Positions 34,658 to 48,948 of a stretch of 64,000 nucleotides of DNA are shown piece after piece. The DNA is taken from the NCBI GenBank assembly GCA_028534125.1, contig CM052816.1, positions 8,806,001-8,870,000 of the forward strand, in the 5' to 3' direction. The notes beneath the pieces are model-generated. The model was not told the DNA's origin and made no database searches. It saw only the letters and a program-made list of their open reading frames with translations. The stretch comes from Lama glama. Lineage: Eukaryota. A program made the position numbers and the translations under genes. Each line of letters begins with the position of its first letter. Position 1 is the first letter of the stretch.

Positions 34658-37600
34658 ACCACCTCGCCTTGACCTGCCCCCGGTGCCGAATGTTGCTTTT
34701 ACCCCCTAAGGAAGGAGTGGTTGACAATTTTCATATTTCTTCTAAATTTGGAGATTTCAGACAATGCTGGGAGGCTTGGCTCCAGCTGCCAGAGGCCCAT
34801 GTGGAAGTCATTAAGCTGAGGAAGGGGGGCCGGGGGAGAGAGGGAGGCAGGGGGAGGAGGAGGAGGAGGAAGGGGGTAGGGGCCAGAGTTCTGAGGGTTG
34901 CCAGTTGTCAGCCTGGGAACATGAACAGACTCCCTGGGAGCAAGCTGTGTGTGAGAATTTCCTTCCTCTTCCCGAGTCCCTGGTCCCAGGACTGGAGTGG
35001 GAGTTCTGAGATTTTCTGGGAACTGTCAGTGGGGAAGACACCATTCCTGGCTCCTGGGGTCCAGAGGGTGGTGGGAATGGCAGGGGATGGGGGCCACGAG
35101 GAAGTAAATCCTCTCTCCAGAGAGCCGGGACCCTGGGAGGCTAACTCCATCATTGTGCGAAGAAGGCCTGGGCCCCAGAGGGGTAGGGCCTGCCTCAGTG
35201 AGACAGGAGGCAGCGACGGGCAGGAGTGAGAATCCAGGGACTTGCCTCTGGGGCTCCCTTTCCCCAGGAGTCCTAGTCATGAGAAGGGCCCATCTCTCAC
35301 CCTTTCTTATTATGCTCTGGTTACACTGGCCTCCTTGGAGCCCTTAGCATATTTTCATGCCTCAGGGCCTTAGCAATTGCAGTCCTCTCAGACAAGTGCC
35401 CTATCCCCAGGGCTTCTGCTAGCCGGTTCCTTGACTGCTTCTGGTCTCAGCTCAAAAGTCACCTCTGGGAGAGGCCTTGCCTGGCCACCACTTTATTCTC
35501 TACCACCTCCCCTGCTTGTTGCCCTCTAGGACCGTGCCTGGGTTGTACATGTCTACTGATTTAGTTGCTTGTTGTCTTAACTCTTCCAGGAAAGCATGAC
35601 TCCCCTGGGGAGGGTCTGTGTCCCCAGGCCTCCTGCAGTGCCTGTGAGGAATGTCCAGAAAGATGTGTGTGGAGGGGCAGCACCAGCATAGGCTTGGCCG
35701 CTCTGAAGCCCGGGGAGGGCTCCTTCAAGTAGCCTTGTTGCTCAGAGCTTTCCCTCTGTGGCCAGGCAGGCTGGACCCCAACTACCTTCGTGCACAGTCC
35801 TCCAGACCCCTGGGCCTGCACAAGATGCTGCCGCCTCCCTCCAGCAGGATTCCCTCCAGCACATGGCCTCAGCCTTGGGCCATCCTGTATGGGGCGGCTG
35901 TGTGGCCTCTGGGGGGTGTTGGGTGCTGAACCCAACCCTGTCCTGACCTTAAGAGGCTCCCAAACTAGTAGGAGAAACTTCACCCCCACTTTGTTCCTTC
36001 TGAGGAAAAAATTCTCTTGATGTCAGGAGGCCTGCGCCTTTGTTCTTGCCTCTGCCACTTCCTCCCTGTGAGGTCTGGGCACAGTTATTCAGTTGCTCCT
36101 CTGAGCCTCACTTTCCTTCTCTGTGAAATGTGGAAAATAGGGCCTGCCTTTCAGTGTTGCCGTGAAGGTCAAGTGGGACAGCCCCTGCAGTCCTGGGAAA
36201 TGGGTCAAATCTGGAGCCAGACTGCACTCAGCACTGCCTCCACTGCTTCCCACGGGGAATGGAGGTGGGGATGATGTTTAACATCCATGAACTTCACTTT
36301 CCTCCTCTGTAAAATGGAGCCAGAAACAGCCCCTGCCTCCCAGGATTGCTGTGAAGATGAAGTGAGGCCATGCTTATGAGGGGGTTAGCCCAGAGCTACA
36401 GCTGCAGAGCAAGTGCTCAGTAAATGCCAGATATTGTGAGGGTCACAATGCCACACCTGACACACAGCAGCCTCGCCGTTCATGTCATCCCTCTCCTTTC
36501 TGAACCAGGAAGGTGGATGCCATTCACAAGCCCACTCCTGGGGTGTAAGATGGTGGGCGGGGAAGCCTGGTACCCCGCACTTCCCACCCCTGCTTAGTGT
36601 TCCAGTCTGACACTCCAGAGCACCACCAGCAGATCCCAGGGTAAAGGTAATTCTAGCTCAAGGGAACCATCAAAAATATGAAAAATCCACTTGAGAGGCT
36701 GTGAAACTGTTATACTTTTGTTAGTTCTTCTACTGTAGCCTCAAAGGTTTTTTCATCAAGACAGAAAACAGAAAAATGACCACTGTAGGTTGTGGAGAGA
36801 CCCCACCATTTGAATATCCAAGCACTCTGTGCCTGGCCAAGGTTGAGTCGGCCACCTCTCTGAGCCAACAGGCTCTGTTATCAGAAAGTCTATTATTAGA
36901 GGACAGAACAAGGAATCGAAGCGACCTGGAGACACATCCTAGGAGAGGAGGTGTTCCAGCACCAAAATATCTCCAAAAGCTAACTAAATGGCCGCCGTTT
37001 GTGACTCAGTCTCCATAAATCTGTCTCAGACGTTTGTTTTTGAAGCCCTGTCTGTTTCCTTTGTGCCTCTCTTGGGAGTTATGAGTGCTTTATGTCTATT
37101 AACCATTGTGTGAAGTGGCTTTTTTTCCCAGTCTGTGGCGAGGAAGCCTTAAACTCCCTCCACTCCCAGAGGAAACAGGTCAGTGAGACTCTGGCTAGTA
37201 TGTGTGAGTAAGTTTTGGGAAGTGAGGGGAGCTTCTTGTTGGAGGCTGGGTGTGAGAATGTGTTTGGTGAGATCTGTGTCCTCAGAGGGGGTGTGCCGTC
37301 AGGGGCAAGAGAATCCCAACCTAGAGGGTGAAGGGCCTAGAGACCAGAAATCTCATGGGGCCTGGTGGAGCTGCTCCACCTTTATAGGCGATCGAGGAAG
37401 AGACTGAGTTAGTACAGTTGGAACCTTCAGGAAGATGGAATGCAGGCCTACATAACAAGGGCTTTTTAAGTCAGTGGCTTTACTCAAGGAGGAGGTGGAC
37501 TAGTGGGCTGTCTTATAAAATGACGAGCTCTCTATTGTTAGAGGAATGCAAACAGGCTGACAACTTGGTAAGTCCCTGCCAGCCCTGAGATCCTATGAAA

Positions 37601-38069
37601 TTTATCTCACACTTTGTGTTCTCACCCCCAAACTGTTCCTAACCTCCGGCCCTGATTTCATACTAATTCGACCCAAAAGGCACAACTCAGGGGTAACCAT
37701 TTGGGAGACAGTTATGTATTGGAAAGTGCTATACCCCTGAGTTAAAAAAATCAAGCTCCATATATTTTCTTTGATGAGCATCAGATTTTTATTTCATTGA
37801 CTGAGTTTGATTCTGAGAGGTAAGCAATAGACAATTAGTGAAGAAATGCTTATAGTTGTCATTAAACCAATTTTTCAAGAATTTTATAGATAGCTGTCCA
37901 CAACATATTACTGAGGTTAAAGATCATGGTACAGAAGAATATATGGTATAATACTATTTAAGTAAAATGATGTATTTGCCAAACTGCAGTCATCCATACC
38001 TTTTAGGATGGCTATGATAATAATAGTAATAATAATGCCACCACCAACAAAACCCTAGATACTTAGATA

Positions 38070-38545
38070 CTTGTACACTGATGCCTGTAGCAGCATTATT
38101 CACAATTGCCAAAATGTGAACACAACCCAAATGTCCATCAATGGATGAACAGATAAGCAAAATTTGGTACATGTGTACAATAGAATATTATTCAGCCATA
38201 AAAAGGAACGAAATTCTGGTACATGCAACAGCATGGATGAACCTTGAAAACGTCATGCTTTAAATGTTCAAGACTCACATGCTAACATCATGAAATAAGT
38301 TGGATACAAAAGGACAAATGCTGTATGATTCCACTTATATGAAGTATCTTGAATAGACACATTCATAGACGTAGAAAGAATAGTGGTTGCCAGGTCCTTG
38401 GGGGGAGGGGAATGGAGAGTTATTATTTAATAGGTATAGAGTCCCTGTTTGGGATGATGAAAAAGCTCTTGAAATGCACGACATTGTGCAACTAATGCCA
38501 CCAAAATAGTTAAAATGTTCAGTTTTATGTGTATTTTTACCGTAA
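38070..38545 (+). mobile_element. L1 (L1M-type) 3' fragment
   Basis: GCAGCATTATTCACAATTGCCAAAA...CCCAAATGTCCATCAATGGATGAA...ATTATTCAGCCATAAAAAGGAA...ATGGATGAACCTTGAAAAC. Confidence 0.85.
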
Positions 38546-38628
38546 GAAAATAACTGATGTGTCTGCATATAGGGGTAAGTGTGGATGTAGCCCAGTTCCC
38601 TGCTGGAGGCTGAGTTTGTATTTTGTCT

Positions 38629-39128
38629 NNNNNNNNNNNNNNNNNNNNNNNNNNNNNNNNNNNNNNNNNNNNNNNNNNNNNNNNNNNNNNNNNNNNNNNN
38701 NNNNNNNNNNNNNNNNNNNNNNNNNNNNNNNNNNNNNNNNNNNNNNNNNNNNNNNNNNNNNNNNNNNNNNNNNNNNNNNNNNNNNNNNNNNNNNNNNNNN
38801 NNNNNNNNNNNNNNNNNNNNNNNNNNNNNNNNNNNNNNNNNNNNNNNNNNNNNNNNNNNNNNNNNNNNNNNNNNNNNNNNNNNNNNNNNNNNNNNNNNNN
38901 NNNNNNNNNNNNNNNNNNNNNNNNNNNNNNNNNNNNNNNNNNNNNNNNNNNNNNNNNNNNNNNNNNNNNNNNNNNNNNNNNNNNNNNNNNNNNNNNNNNN
39001 NNNNNNNNNNNNNNNNNNNNNNNNNNNNNNNNNNNNNNNNNNNNNNNNNNNNNNNNNNNNNNNNNNNNNNNNNNNNNNNNNNNNNNNNNNNNNNNNNNNN
39101 NNNNNNNNNNNNNNNNNNNNNNNNNNNN
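38629..39128. other. Assembly gap (500 N)
   Basis: Run of N; the true size is unknown. Confidence 1.
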
Positions 39129-42100
39129 GAGGTAGATTCCAATTAGGAGCAACCTGGTTGATGGGATTAGGGAAATCTGCTTTAATATTCCCCTCCAGGC
39201 CTTGGCTTAAGTTGACTTTGCTCGTCCATCTCTCCCCTTTGATGCTGAGAACTCCTCTCGGCTCCCTATCTCCCACCCTGCCCATGTTTCCCCAACTGAC
39301 ACTCCTCAGCAGCCCTGAGGACTGCAGGCTGACTCCAAGCCTTTGTAAACCACCAGGGACTATTAAACAAATCCTATAATTAGAAGCCAGGTTTCCTAAA
39401 CGAAGTGAAAAATGTAACGTTACCCTTTGTTTGTTCACTGGATGCTCAACGCATGTCCCATGACCCAGAGGAGCTGTGACTTCGGGTTTCCAAGAAGACT
39501 TAATAAGGTAATGTTTATAAAGTTCTTAACTTTACAACTCCATTGGAGTACAACTCTGTGAAATGAGGACAAGCCATAATTCCGAGAGATCTGCCCTCCT
39601 CTTCGCCCTGTCCCAATGGTAGAGAATGTTGTCCCCTTATGTGGTGTGCGGTAAGCCCCAAGATTAGAAATAAAGCAAGTGGGGTCTGGCCCCAGCTCTG
39701 ACACTGAATTGCTGTGTGATATTGTATCAGTATCTTTCCCTCTCTGGACTTGTGTTTCGCCATCTGTAAAAGAGAAGACATGATGAGACTTGCTTATTCT
39801 AAAAGCCTCTTCCAACTCTGACTTACAGTTTAATTTCTGTATCTCTCTACCACAGGGTTTTATCTCAGGCAAGGATTCTTCTCCAGATTTGACCTACCTT
39901 CTCTGGGCTCAAAAGGACTTGGTAATGTACCTTGAATTAGATAAATCTAGGTTGAGGTTGACAAGACACATGTTTACATCCTTTGTGCTTCAGCTTTGAA
40001 CCCATAAGGCCTCTCTCATGTGATAAAATGCATAAAAAATAATGTAAAAATGACTTACAGAAAAAAAAACTCAACTCTTCAAAGGAATTCAAACTGGTCA
40101 ACATGAGGAATAGTGAAAAGAACCAATCCTCTGTCTGGAGGTGGTAGCCACTATTGAGTATACATAATATTATGTTGACATTATATATAATAACTGACAT
40201 TTATTGAGTTCTTTTTATGAACCAGACTCTGGGCTAAGGATTTACACTCATCCTCTTAGTTAACCTCACAGCAAATTCATGAGGTAGGTACCTTCTCATT
40301 ATCCTCACTTTATAGGTAAGAAACTGACATTTAAAAAGATGAAAGAATTTGCCTGAAGGAAGTAAGTGGTTGGAGCCAAGACCCCAGTACCCATTATTGA
40401 CATCTGTCAATCCACTGCTTACCAACTTCTGGTGCTTGTGGAAGTAAGTATCATAATGAAGCTTCCATCACTGTATGTCCCTGAGTGATTCTGATGTGCA
40501 AAGCACACTCAGGTAGCCTACATATGACTTGTAACGTAGGTGAGAAAGTCACCTTTGCTGGGCTAATCCTCCAAGATCTGAGGACTGTTTATTACTGCAG
40601 CGCAACGTGGCCCATCCTGACTGATACTGCTTGGCTCCGGGCAGGGGGAGCAGCTTTGTTCTTTATATTCTCAAGAGCAAATTTTTCATCTGCAGATGGA
40701 AGGAGTGGGGAGGTAGATGTTTTGAAAAAGTAGAGACTAAAAAAATATGTAGTAGCACCTGATAGCAGTATCACTGAGAAGCCAGCAAAATGAACAGTAA
40801 GGTCCCATTGAGTCTGTGATTCTAAGAAATGGTTTAAAAAACAAGATTTAAAAGTGATTCTGGAATAATAGGGTCAGAGCTGGTTATATGGTTGAGATAA
40901 TGAGCTAGAATGCAAAGGAATCCCAATATGGAAGACAAAAAATGATGGACATAGCTATGTGGTGGCTTGACTGAAGAGCCAAAGGATCCCAGTTTTTTTC
41001 CGAGAGTGCACTGCTGGGGGAAGGGAGATTGGGGTCAGCCAGACCCTTGCACTCTCTCCAGAGCTGACAGAAAAAACATATCCCTTGGGCACTGAGCCCT
41101 CTTGCCAGACACATTTCCCTCTAACAAAGGTTTGTCCAGAGAGCATGGCCAGGCCATATCAGAAATGATTTGGATGGCTTTAGGCGCTCTGTGCGCACTG
41201 CCTAATGACAGGATGCCCACCTCCCACCACTGCCTAGTTCCAGTGCCCCATTCCCTAACTGGGGAAAGGTTAGGGTGGGGCGGTGGTCAAAGTGGCCTCA
41301 GAGGCCTCACCTTTCATCTCAACCTCTGTCCCTTTTCCCCTGTCTGTATAGACATGGGCAGGTTAATTCCCTTCCCCGAACCTCAGTTTGTCCAGTTTTG
41401 TAAAAATCTTTGTATTTACATGGGATTGATGCAGGGAGTAAATAAATTCAAGGATATAAATGTGCTTTGTAAACTGTCGTGTTCTATCAGTGTATGAGGG
41501 ATATCACTGGTACCACTAGGCAACTACTCACAGCATCTGCCTGGGTCCTAGGGCTGGGCCGCCTCTCTCTCTGAGGGCCAGAAACTTTGAAGCTGTCTTC
41601 TAACAGTAGAACAATGATCAAGGCTTCTTTCCTGGGAACCAGACTTTGGAAATGGTCAGATTCCATACAAGGCACTTCTTCCTCCTTCCCCACAAATACA
41701 GTATTTATGAGAACAGAACTTCCAATTTAAATCTGGCAAGATTTCACATTCTGGAAGCATTGTACCTTCCTCCACATGCCCCAAGGGCTGAGGTCAAGGG
41801 CTTCCCAGGAGATGTGGCAGTTCCCAGGGATGCAGGAGATACAGGAGACTGAGAGCAGAGGGGCCCAGAAAGAGCCCTAAAATGGCCCTAAAATGTCGAT
41901 ACTGTTACCTCCATCATTCTGTATGAGAACATGAGCTCAGGAATTGTTTCACTGTTCACTGCTGTATGCCCAGTGCCTAGAACAGTGCCTGGTGCATAGT
42001 AGGTGCTCAGTATATGTTTGTTAAATGAAGGGAATGAACCCGTCTCGAGAACTCTCAAGGCTCTTCATTGCCCATAACTTGAAGATCACAGCTCCTAGAA

Positions 42101-44904
42101 AATTACAGAGGCTCTCAGGCAAGTTATTTAAATTACCATCTAGGGCAGCTTCTCAATATCGTCTGCTAACAGGTTCAGGCCACAGAGACAAGCTTCTTCA
42201 GGGAGGCCTGGTTTGGGGTTCAGTGCAGCCCTAAGAGCCTGTAAGTTTTGGAGGCTGTTTTCTTGGAGGGAGGCAAGATGAGGACGGGGACTTTGGCGGT
42301 GGCCATCAGGGTTCCTTGCTGAAGAGTGATGTGATAAATCTTAGAGTCACTGTGTGTCCACCAAGTGGTGGATGGTGAGTAGTGCTCAGCGTTTCTCTGT
42401 TCTCTCGGCAGCTCGTGCCCTGGTCATAACAGGGCTCAGGCACCCAAGCCAGGCACCAAGAAGCATGTGTGTGAATAAGGCATGCTCACTGCCTATGAGA
42501 AGCTTCCGCCTAGTGACCCTTCAAAACGATAACAAAACAAAACACACACGTACAAGACCCCATCTACAAATCTGCAGTCACGCAGATACACACCAAAACC
42601 AGAGCAATAAAAGCAGTACTATCTGAGCCAATAGCAGAAACCAACGTGTAAGTCAAACTTTGGTAAGTATCATCCTTTTTCAGCTGTGTTGGGGAGCAGG
42701 CCTTTGAACCCAAGCTGCAAAGGAAGTGTCCTCCCTCCCCCAGCCTCTCCCTCCCAGGACTGCTCTTCCATAAACTGCCAAGAGACTCCACCCCCTTTCC
42801 CCCACAGCACAAGGTTCTTCCTCCCCTGGGGTCTGGGCTCCAGGGGTCTGAAGACAACATTTCTCATGTTGTACCCTTTTCCTGCTTCCGCTGGAGAATG
42901 GGGCTTCCCACCCAAAATAGATGCAGACCCAGCAAGAGGAGGGGCTGACAGCTTTGTGGGGAAAAATCAGAACTCTGGATCTTGTAAGTCCAGACGTCCT
43001 GTAAACTCTGACCAGAGTATAAACATCCCCCGGGACTAAGGGAGGATATGCTGGTGGGCAAGGGGCCCAGCGCCTCCATCTGCCCTGGGGACAGGCTGTT
43101 TATTCCACATGCCTCGTGGGCCCCCTTGGGCTCCTTCCTGTCTAGGTCTGGGCAAGTAGAGGCAGGCAGGACAGCCCCACATGGGGGCCTGAGGCCTTGG
43201 ATATAAGATTCCACCTCTCAGGGTAGAAGGGAACTTTTTAAAGCTCAATAAGCCCAACTCGCTTCTTTTCTTCAGTCTCCTTCACAACTGGCCTTCTGGC
43301 CTCTGCTAAAACCCCTCCACTACTTGGGAACTCACTCTTTCCCAGAGCAGCCATTCCATTACTGGGACTCTGGGAGCTGGAAAGTTCTAGAAAAAGAGCA
43401 GTTCTAGAATTGTTCAGTGCGGCCTGATTGAGCAGAGCTAAGAATAATGTGTACAGCAAGATAACAGCAGCGCCATTCCCGGAGCCCACACTGTGCCAGG
43501 TGCTTTACCTGTGTTATCTTGTTAATTCCTCCTCCTCTTGAGGAGGACACATAGGCTCAGAGAAGTTAGGCCACTTGCCCAAGGTGACCCAGCTGTTTCG
43601 TGGAGAGGCAAGGGTCCAGTCACTTCAGTTCAAAGTCTGTGCTTTAAATATTAGTCTCTACCAGTTCTTCACAATCAAAAAGCAAAAATAGCACATACAC
43701 CACAGAAACACCATACAACAAACACAGGTACACACAAACCAACTAAATTACAATAAAAACAACCCAAACTGGCTAAATATTAAGTACACATCGTGTGCCA
43801 GAAAAATCACAGTTTTTATGATAAAGGCATTTTAACAACCCTGTGAAGACACTGAGGCTCACTGAGGTTAGGAAAAATGGATGTGGCCACATGAGAAGAG
43901 GCAGAGCAAATGTCCAACCACCATTTCTGAGGTCTGCAATCTCCCACCACACCGCACTGCATGCCAGGAAGGAACTTCAGCATAATGAAAGAGAAAACTT
44001 TTATTGTTATAATGATTATTTTCAACAAAGAGAGCTTTAAAAAGTGAAATGTATGTCCTCAGAGAAATTGATTCCTTACGTTGGAAGTGTCTAGCAAAGA
44101 TGCTTTAGAAGGGATTCCTATACTGAGAGGGGCTACACATGATCTCTCCCAGGGTCCATCTGCAACCCAGAAACACAAATTAGTGTTTTCAAGGCTGGAC
44201 TCTGGGCAGAAGGGAAGCCTCGGCCACCCAGTCCCAGAGCACAAGCCCACCTCTTGGAGTCCTACCCAAACTCGCATTTCCTTGACTCCCCCCCTGGGGG
44301 CAGAGGCATTGGCGCCTGGCCTGGGCAGAGGGTCATGTAGATGTGGCATCCCCTCTGTACATCCCAGTGGCCGCCCATTCACCCAGGCCTTGCCCTTTTT
44401 GAGAACTGGGAGCTTACTGGCTGAGTCTGTTCCCACCAACAGTGTTCCCGTCCAGGGAGCTTAAAATAGTGCCTCTTGGCTGGGGCTCTGGAGCACGCAG
44501 TGAGGGAGGCATTTGTGCAAATATGGGCCTGGGAGAAGGACTCCTACCCTGAGGGGGTGGGGGCTGGGGTGGGCAGCGCGGCAGGAGAGCCAAGACCTCC
44601 AGTGGAGGATGCACCCTCCTGGCCACAGCCCCACTCCATCTTGCAGCAAAGGCGCCTGCTAGTCTCCTTCTGCCTCCCCTAAACTTATTGGGTCCACTTG
44701 GGCAAATTTTTACACCAAATCCCATAGGTCTTCTGGCCCAGCCAAGGCTCCAGAGTGAGTCCACTGGGAACAGGGACCTCTGCATTCTTTACTGGTTCGA
44801 TCCTAGTCACCACCTCACAGTGCTCTTCCTACCTAGGAATACTCCAGAATTATCCTTTTGAAGGTCCAACTCAAAACTTGCAACAATTATAGTGACAATT
44901 GCAG

Positions 44905-45140
44905 CTGCCACTAATTGAGTGCTTACTTTTGTCAGGTGCTCTGCTAAGTGCTTTAACATGCATTATCTTGTTTGGTCCCCACAACCATCCACTGAAGCCC
45001 AAGTTACTATTATCTCTACTGTGCAGTAGAAACTAAGGCTCAGAGAAGTCAAGTAACTTTCCCAAGGTCACACAGTTGTGAACTGGTAGAGGCTGGACTA
45101 AAGCTCAGGTCTGTCTGTCTCTGGAGTCTGAACTCTTACC
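44905..45140 (-). mobile_element. MIR SINE (one of many; others near 6410, 6960, 7790, 13430, 24560, 30000, 32190, 40195, 51560)
   Basis: MIR core GAAACTAAGGCTCAGAGAAGTCAAGTAACTTTCCCAAGGTCACACAG. Confidence 0.75.
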
Positions 45141-46063
45141 TCCTAGTCTGCACCTTCTCCTCCGGATCCCCACTACTCTGGCCTCCCATCCTCCATGCAA
45201 GCGTTATCACCCTGTATTACATCCATATAAGCAGTTTGATTCAGTGCATCAGGTATTTAGTGAATGCCCCCTATGTGCCAGGAACATTGCTGGGTGTCAT
45301 GCCCACACCCTGGGAGCTCTCAGCTCCTCTTGAGGACTGTAGTTTGGGCTTGGGCTCAGTGACTTCCCCAGCATACAGAGTCTGCTTTGTTTGAGGATGT
45401 CAGGGTGAGGCTGAGGCAAGCATAGACCCTCCTGGATGACCAGCTGACCAGTTGGACATTCTGGCTTCCCCCCATGGCTGTAATTCTCCTCTCCTTCCTC
45501 CACTGCAGGGAATCAGACAAACTCACTTTGAATCCTCTGTGACTTTGGGCTTTCTGAGCCTCAGTTCCTCCACCTGTGGATTTGGGATAAATTTAGGACC
45601 TCACCACAGGGTGTTTGGGAAGATTTAATGAAGCAATGAACATGAAGGACTTAGTGCAGTGCCTGGCAGTCAGTAGTAGATATTAAGAAACGGCTATTAT
45701 GATTGCCCATTGTAATTTTCTGGAAATTACGGTATCCGGGTACTAGATGGCTAGGGCCTAGCTCGTAGTAGGTGCTTCAGGTGAAGGGATTCAATCACAC
45801 AGCAGACAGAAGCCCTCACCCCACCCTTGCTCCCTCACTCCTATCTGGCTATGCTGTTCCTGCTCTGCTGTGGAAGGTGTCCCAGGCGCTGGTCCTCATC
45901 AATAATAGAGTTGCTCAGGCAGCCAGGGGCAGACACAGGACCTTTACGTACTTACCTGGTTCCCTCATTTTCAGCTCAGGGCCCATTCCAGGGAAAAGGA
46001 GTGGCTGGCTTGGAAGTTCTGCCAGGGTTTGCCTGTTCCTCAGGGATGTCTGGCTTTCTGGTG

Positions 46064-46077
46064 GTGCCACCTGGTGG
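46064..46077 (-). promoter_or_regulatory. Strong CTCF core motif
   Basis: Minus strand reads CCACCAGGTGGCAC. Confidence 0.55.
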
Positions 46078-48927
46078 TGAGTACACAATGGCTCAGAGCT
46101 GGGTGGCAGCCGCAGGATCTGGTGGCTCTGAGCACGACCAATCCCTGCCCCTCACTCTCCCGTCCATTTGCCCCTTCCCTCATTAACCTGTACTGACCAC
46201 CTTCTCCATTCCTCAACTCTGCTGTGGGGCAGAAACCCCTGAAGCCCAAGTTCCCACACCAACCTCAGGCCTGGCTCTGACCTGGGGGTGGGTAGGGTCC
46301 CTTGGTGGTTGGCCAGGGTTCACACTCAGGATATCCTGCGGGGCAGATGACCCCTCAGTGTTTTCTAGAAACCAAGGCTGGAAGGAGAGGCCTCCTTCCT
46401 GGCCTGAGATGGCCCAGGAATGGGAAACCCAGTGATGGTCACTGGGGCCCTCCTTGACTCTGCACAGCACCTGCCTGGGTACCCACAGACACCCCCTTCA
46501 CATTGAGGCCTCTGGGACTCCCAGAGGGCCTGGCCTGGCCCCTGGGTCCCCTCTTGACCAGCAAAGAGGCCCAGAGATGTATGTATAAAGTTTTGGGGAA
46601 GAGTAGTAAGAACTAGGAGACTGAATTGTGCTCAAACCCAGCTCTACACCAACATGCTGTGTGAGCTTGAGTCAGGCCTGTTCCTCCCCCGGTCTTGGGC
46701 TCCTTATGGTAGAGTGGGGGCTGGGCAGGGAATGAGCTAGGTGGTGGGTGAGGACCCCTGTAGCTCCTAGACTGGGTCCTTGTTAAGGTACAGACTCCTG
46801 GGCCTGCTCTGTCAGAACTCCGGGGCCGGAACCCTGGAATCTATATAAACAAGTACTGAAGTTGGGAGCCGAGGAGGCCAAGTCTCGTCTTTGGGAAATG
46901 GGAGCCAGGGGTGTGTGCTGCCAGCAGATAAGGAGATAGTGGTGGTGTCAGGGGTCCTGAGAAGCAGAGGAACCCCTTGCAGCCCAGGCCCTATCTTTTA
47001 ATTTCCCCACTTTTCTGTGGATATAGGGAGGGGCCCCCCAGCTGCATGTCTGTCAGACCCTACTGCCAGCAGCAACAGAGGGGCAGCAAGGAGGCTGCAC
47101 AGATTATAACCAGGTTGCTCCATCCTTCGCCCCCTCATGCTTGTTTGACATGCTCAGAGGACAGTGGTGGAGGGGCTGGGACAGCCTGGGGTGGGAGAGG
47201 GGGCCCTTGTTGCTTGACGAGGTATTTTCAGAGTCCCCCTCCCTCTGGAGTTTCCAACGATAGAATAGAGCCCTGTCTAGTATTTGACCAAATATGGTGG
47301 TATCTTTCATGAGCTCAAGCCTCAGCCAGCTTCTCAGTTATGCTGTGGAAACCTGCCCTGGACAGATTAATCTTGTGACATTCAGGAGCGCCTCACACCC
47401 TGCGTTCTTCCCCTTGGCCGATTCCTGTAAATGGCCAAGAGTGGCCCTGAGCAAGACGGTACAGTCCTAGGGGTCTGTTCATGGTATCCCTCCCCTATCC
47501 TCTTCACATCCCTTCCACGCAGTCTTCCGTCTCTCCAGGTGGACTTGGGGTAAGAGACCGAGACCAGCAGGCCTGGTCTGGTCAGCGTATGATTCCAGGA
47601 CACATAGACCCTGGGGTCACCTGAGCTCACAAAATTGTGGCCAGACCCTGTGAAGCCCAGAGCTCTCTCAGCCAGGAGGGTGGGCCCAAGGGGTAGAAAG
47701 GAGAGTTCGCTGAGCAGTGAGAACTGAGCTAGCTCTAATGCTAATTGGAACAGCTAACATTTACAGATAACAATGATACAATTATTTTACAATGATAATT
47801 TTCATAATAAACAGCTGTGTTAATTGAGCACCTACTACGTGCCAGGCACAGTACCAGCTGTTTAACATAGGTTTTTCCCCTTACTCCTCGTAACAGCCCC
47901 AAGAGATGGATCCTATGGCATCCCCGTTCTAGAGATGGGGGAGCCGAGGTTCAGAAGGATTTCAGGGAGAAACGGTTTAGGCTACTGTCACTTCTTGGCC
48001 ATGACTCCTATTTTACAGAGAAGGAACCTGAGTCTGAGAGAGAATGGAAGTCACAGGGGCAGGCCCTTGGGGCAGAGACCTTCTATACAGGAAGGGGAAG
48101 GCTGCATCTGAAAGATCAGGACAACCAGTCATCAAGTCCTCATGGACCTGTGACTTGGCCTGCATGAGAGCACGCAGATTCAGAAACATGTTCACAGCAG
48201 GCCAGAACTGTGCAGAAAATATGCCAAGAAAAACAGTGTAGGGTGGTGGATAAAGCCCTGCATGGGACTCGGTATGAATCCCGGCTCTGTCACCTCTAAT
48301 TTGTCGTATAATCCTAGACAAGTCCCTTCTTCGTTCTGGCCTCAGTTTCCCTGCCTGTGAACTAAGGGTGGGACTCTGGTCACCGAGGGCCGCTTAGCTC
48401 ACCTGAGGCTGGCTGAGGCCAGAGAGCCTGAGGCTGTTTCCCTGGGAGATGGGGCCTGTGTCCCGCTCCTGGCCAGCACGCTCTGAGAACATTTGCTCTC
48501 CTGACCAACGGACAGCCTGTCCCTCCTCCGCCCTTGCCCCCTTGCCATCCCCCAAACTGACGAAGCTGATTGTCTTAGCCGGCCCTGTGGGTGCTGGCTG
48601 GGCGGCCGGCCGCAGGCCACAGGCGGAGGTGCCACCCGCCAGAGCCCCACCAGACACACAGGGCATTGTCCCTCAGTCAACAGCCCCTGGGCACCTCGGC
48701 CCGGCTCCTGGCCTGCCCCCACGGCCCTCACCGTCTGCCACTGCGCCAGGTCCAGCCAGCTGGGGCCCAAGGCGCCCGGGCAATGATGAGCCCACCCACC
48801 CACTCCCCCAGCAGCCCCCTGACGAGCTATAATTGCTTCACTCCATCCTGTTGCTGCCATTCTCTTGGCGGAGGCATCTGGGGTTCCAGGCGGGCGGCAG
48901 CTGCAGGCTGGTCGCCTGGCTCACAGG

Positions 48928-48948
48928 ATGGACTGGCTGCACAACCTG
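48928..48948 (+). CDS. IL17B: Interleukin-17B coding exon 1 (MDWLHNL)
   Basis: AGGATGG Kozak context; ATG GAC TGG CTG CAC AAC CTG|GTACGT donor, phase 0; matches the IL17B N-terminus. Confidence 0.95.

Noticed and set aside
37379..37388. Isolated perfect CArG matches (also 54700-54709 and 63312-63321)
   Set aside because: No supporting motifs nearby, and several matches are expected by chance in 64 kb.
38335..39438. Long ORFs containing X runs
   Set aside because: Artefacts of the 500-N gap.
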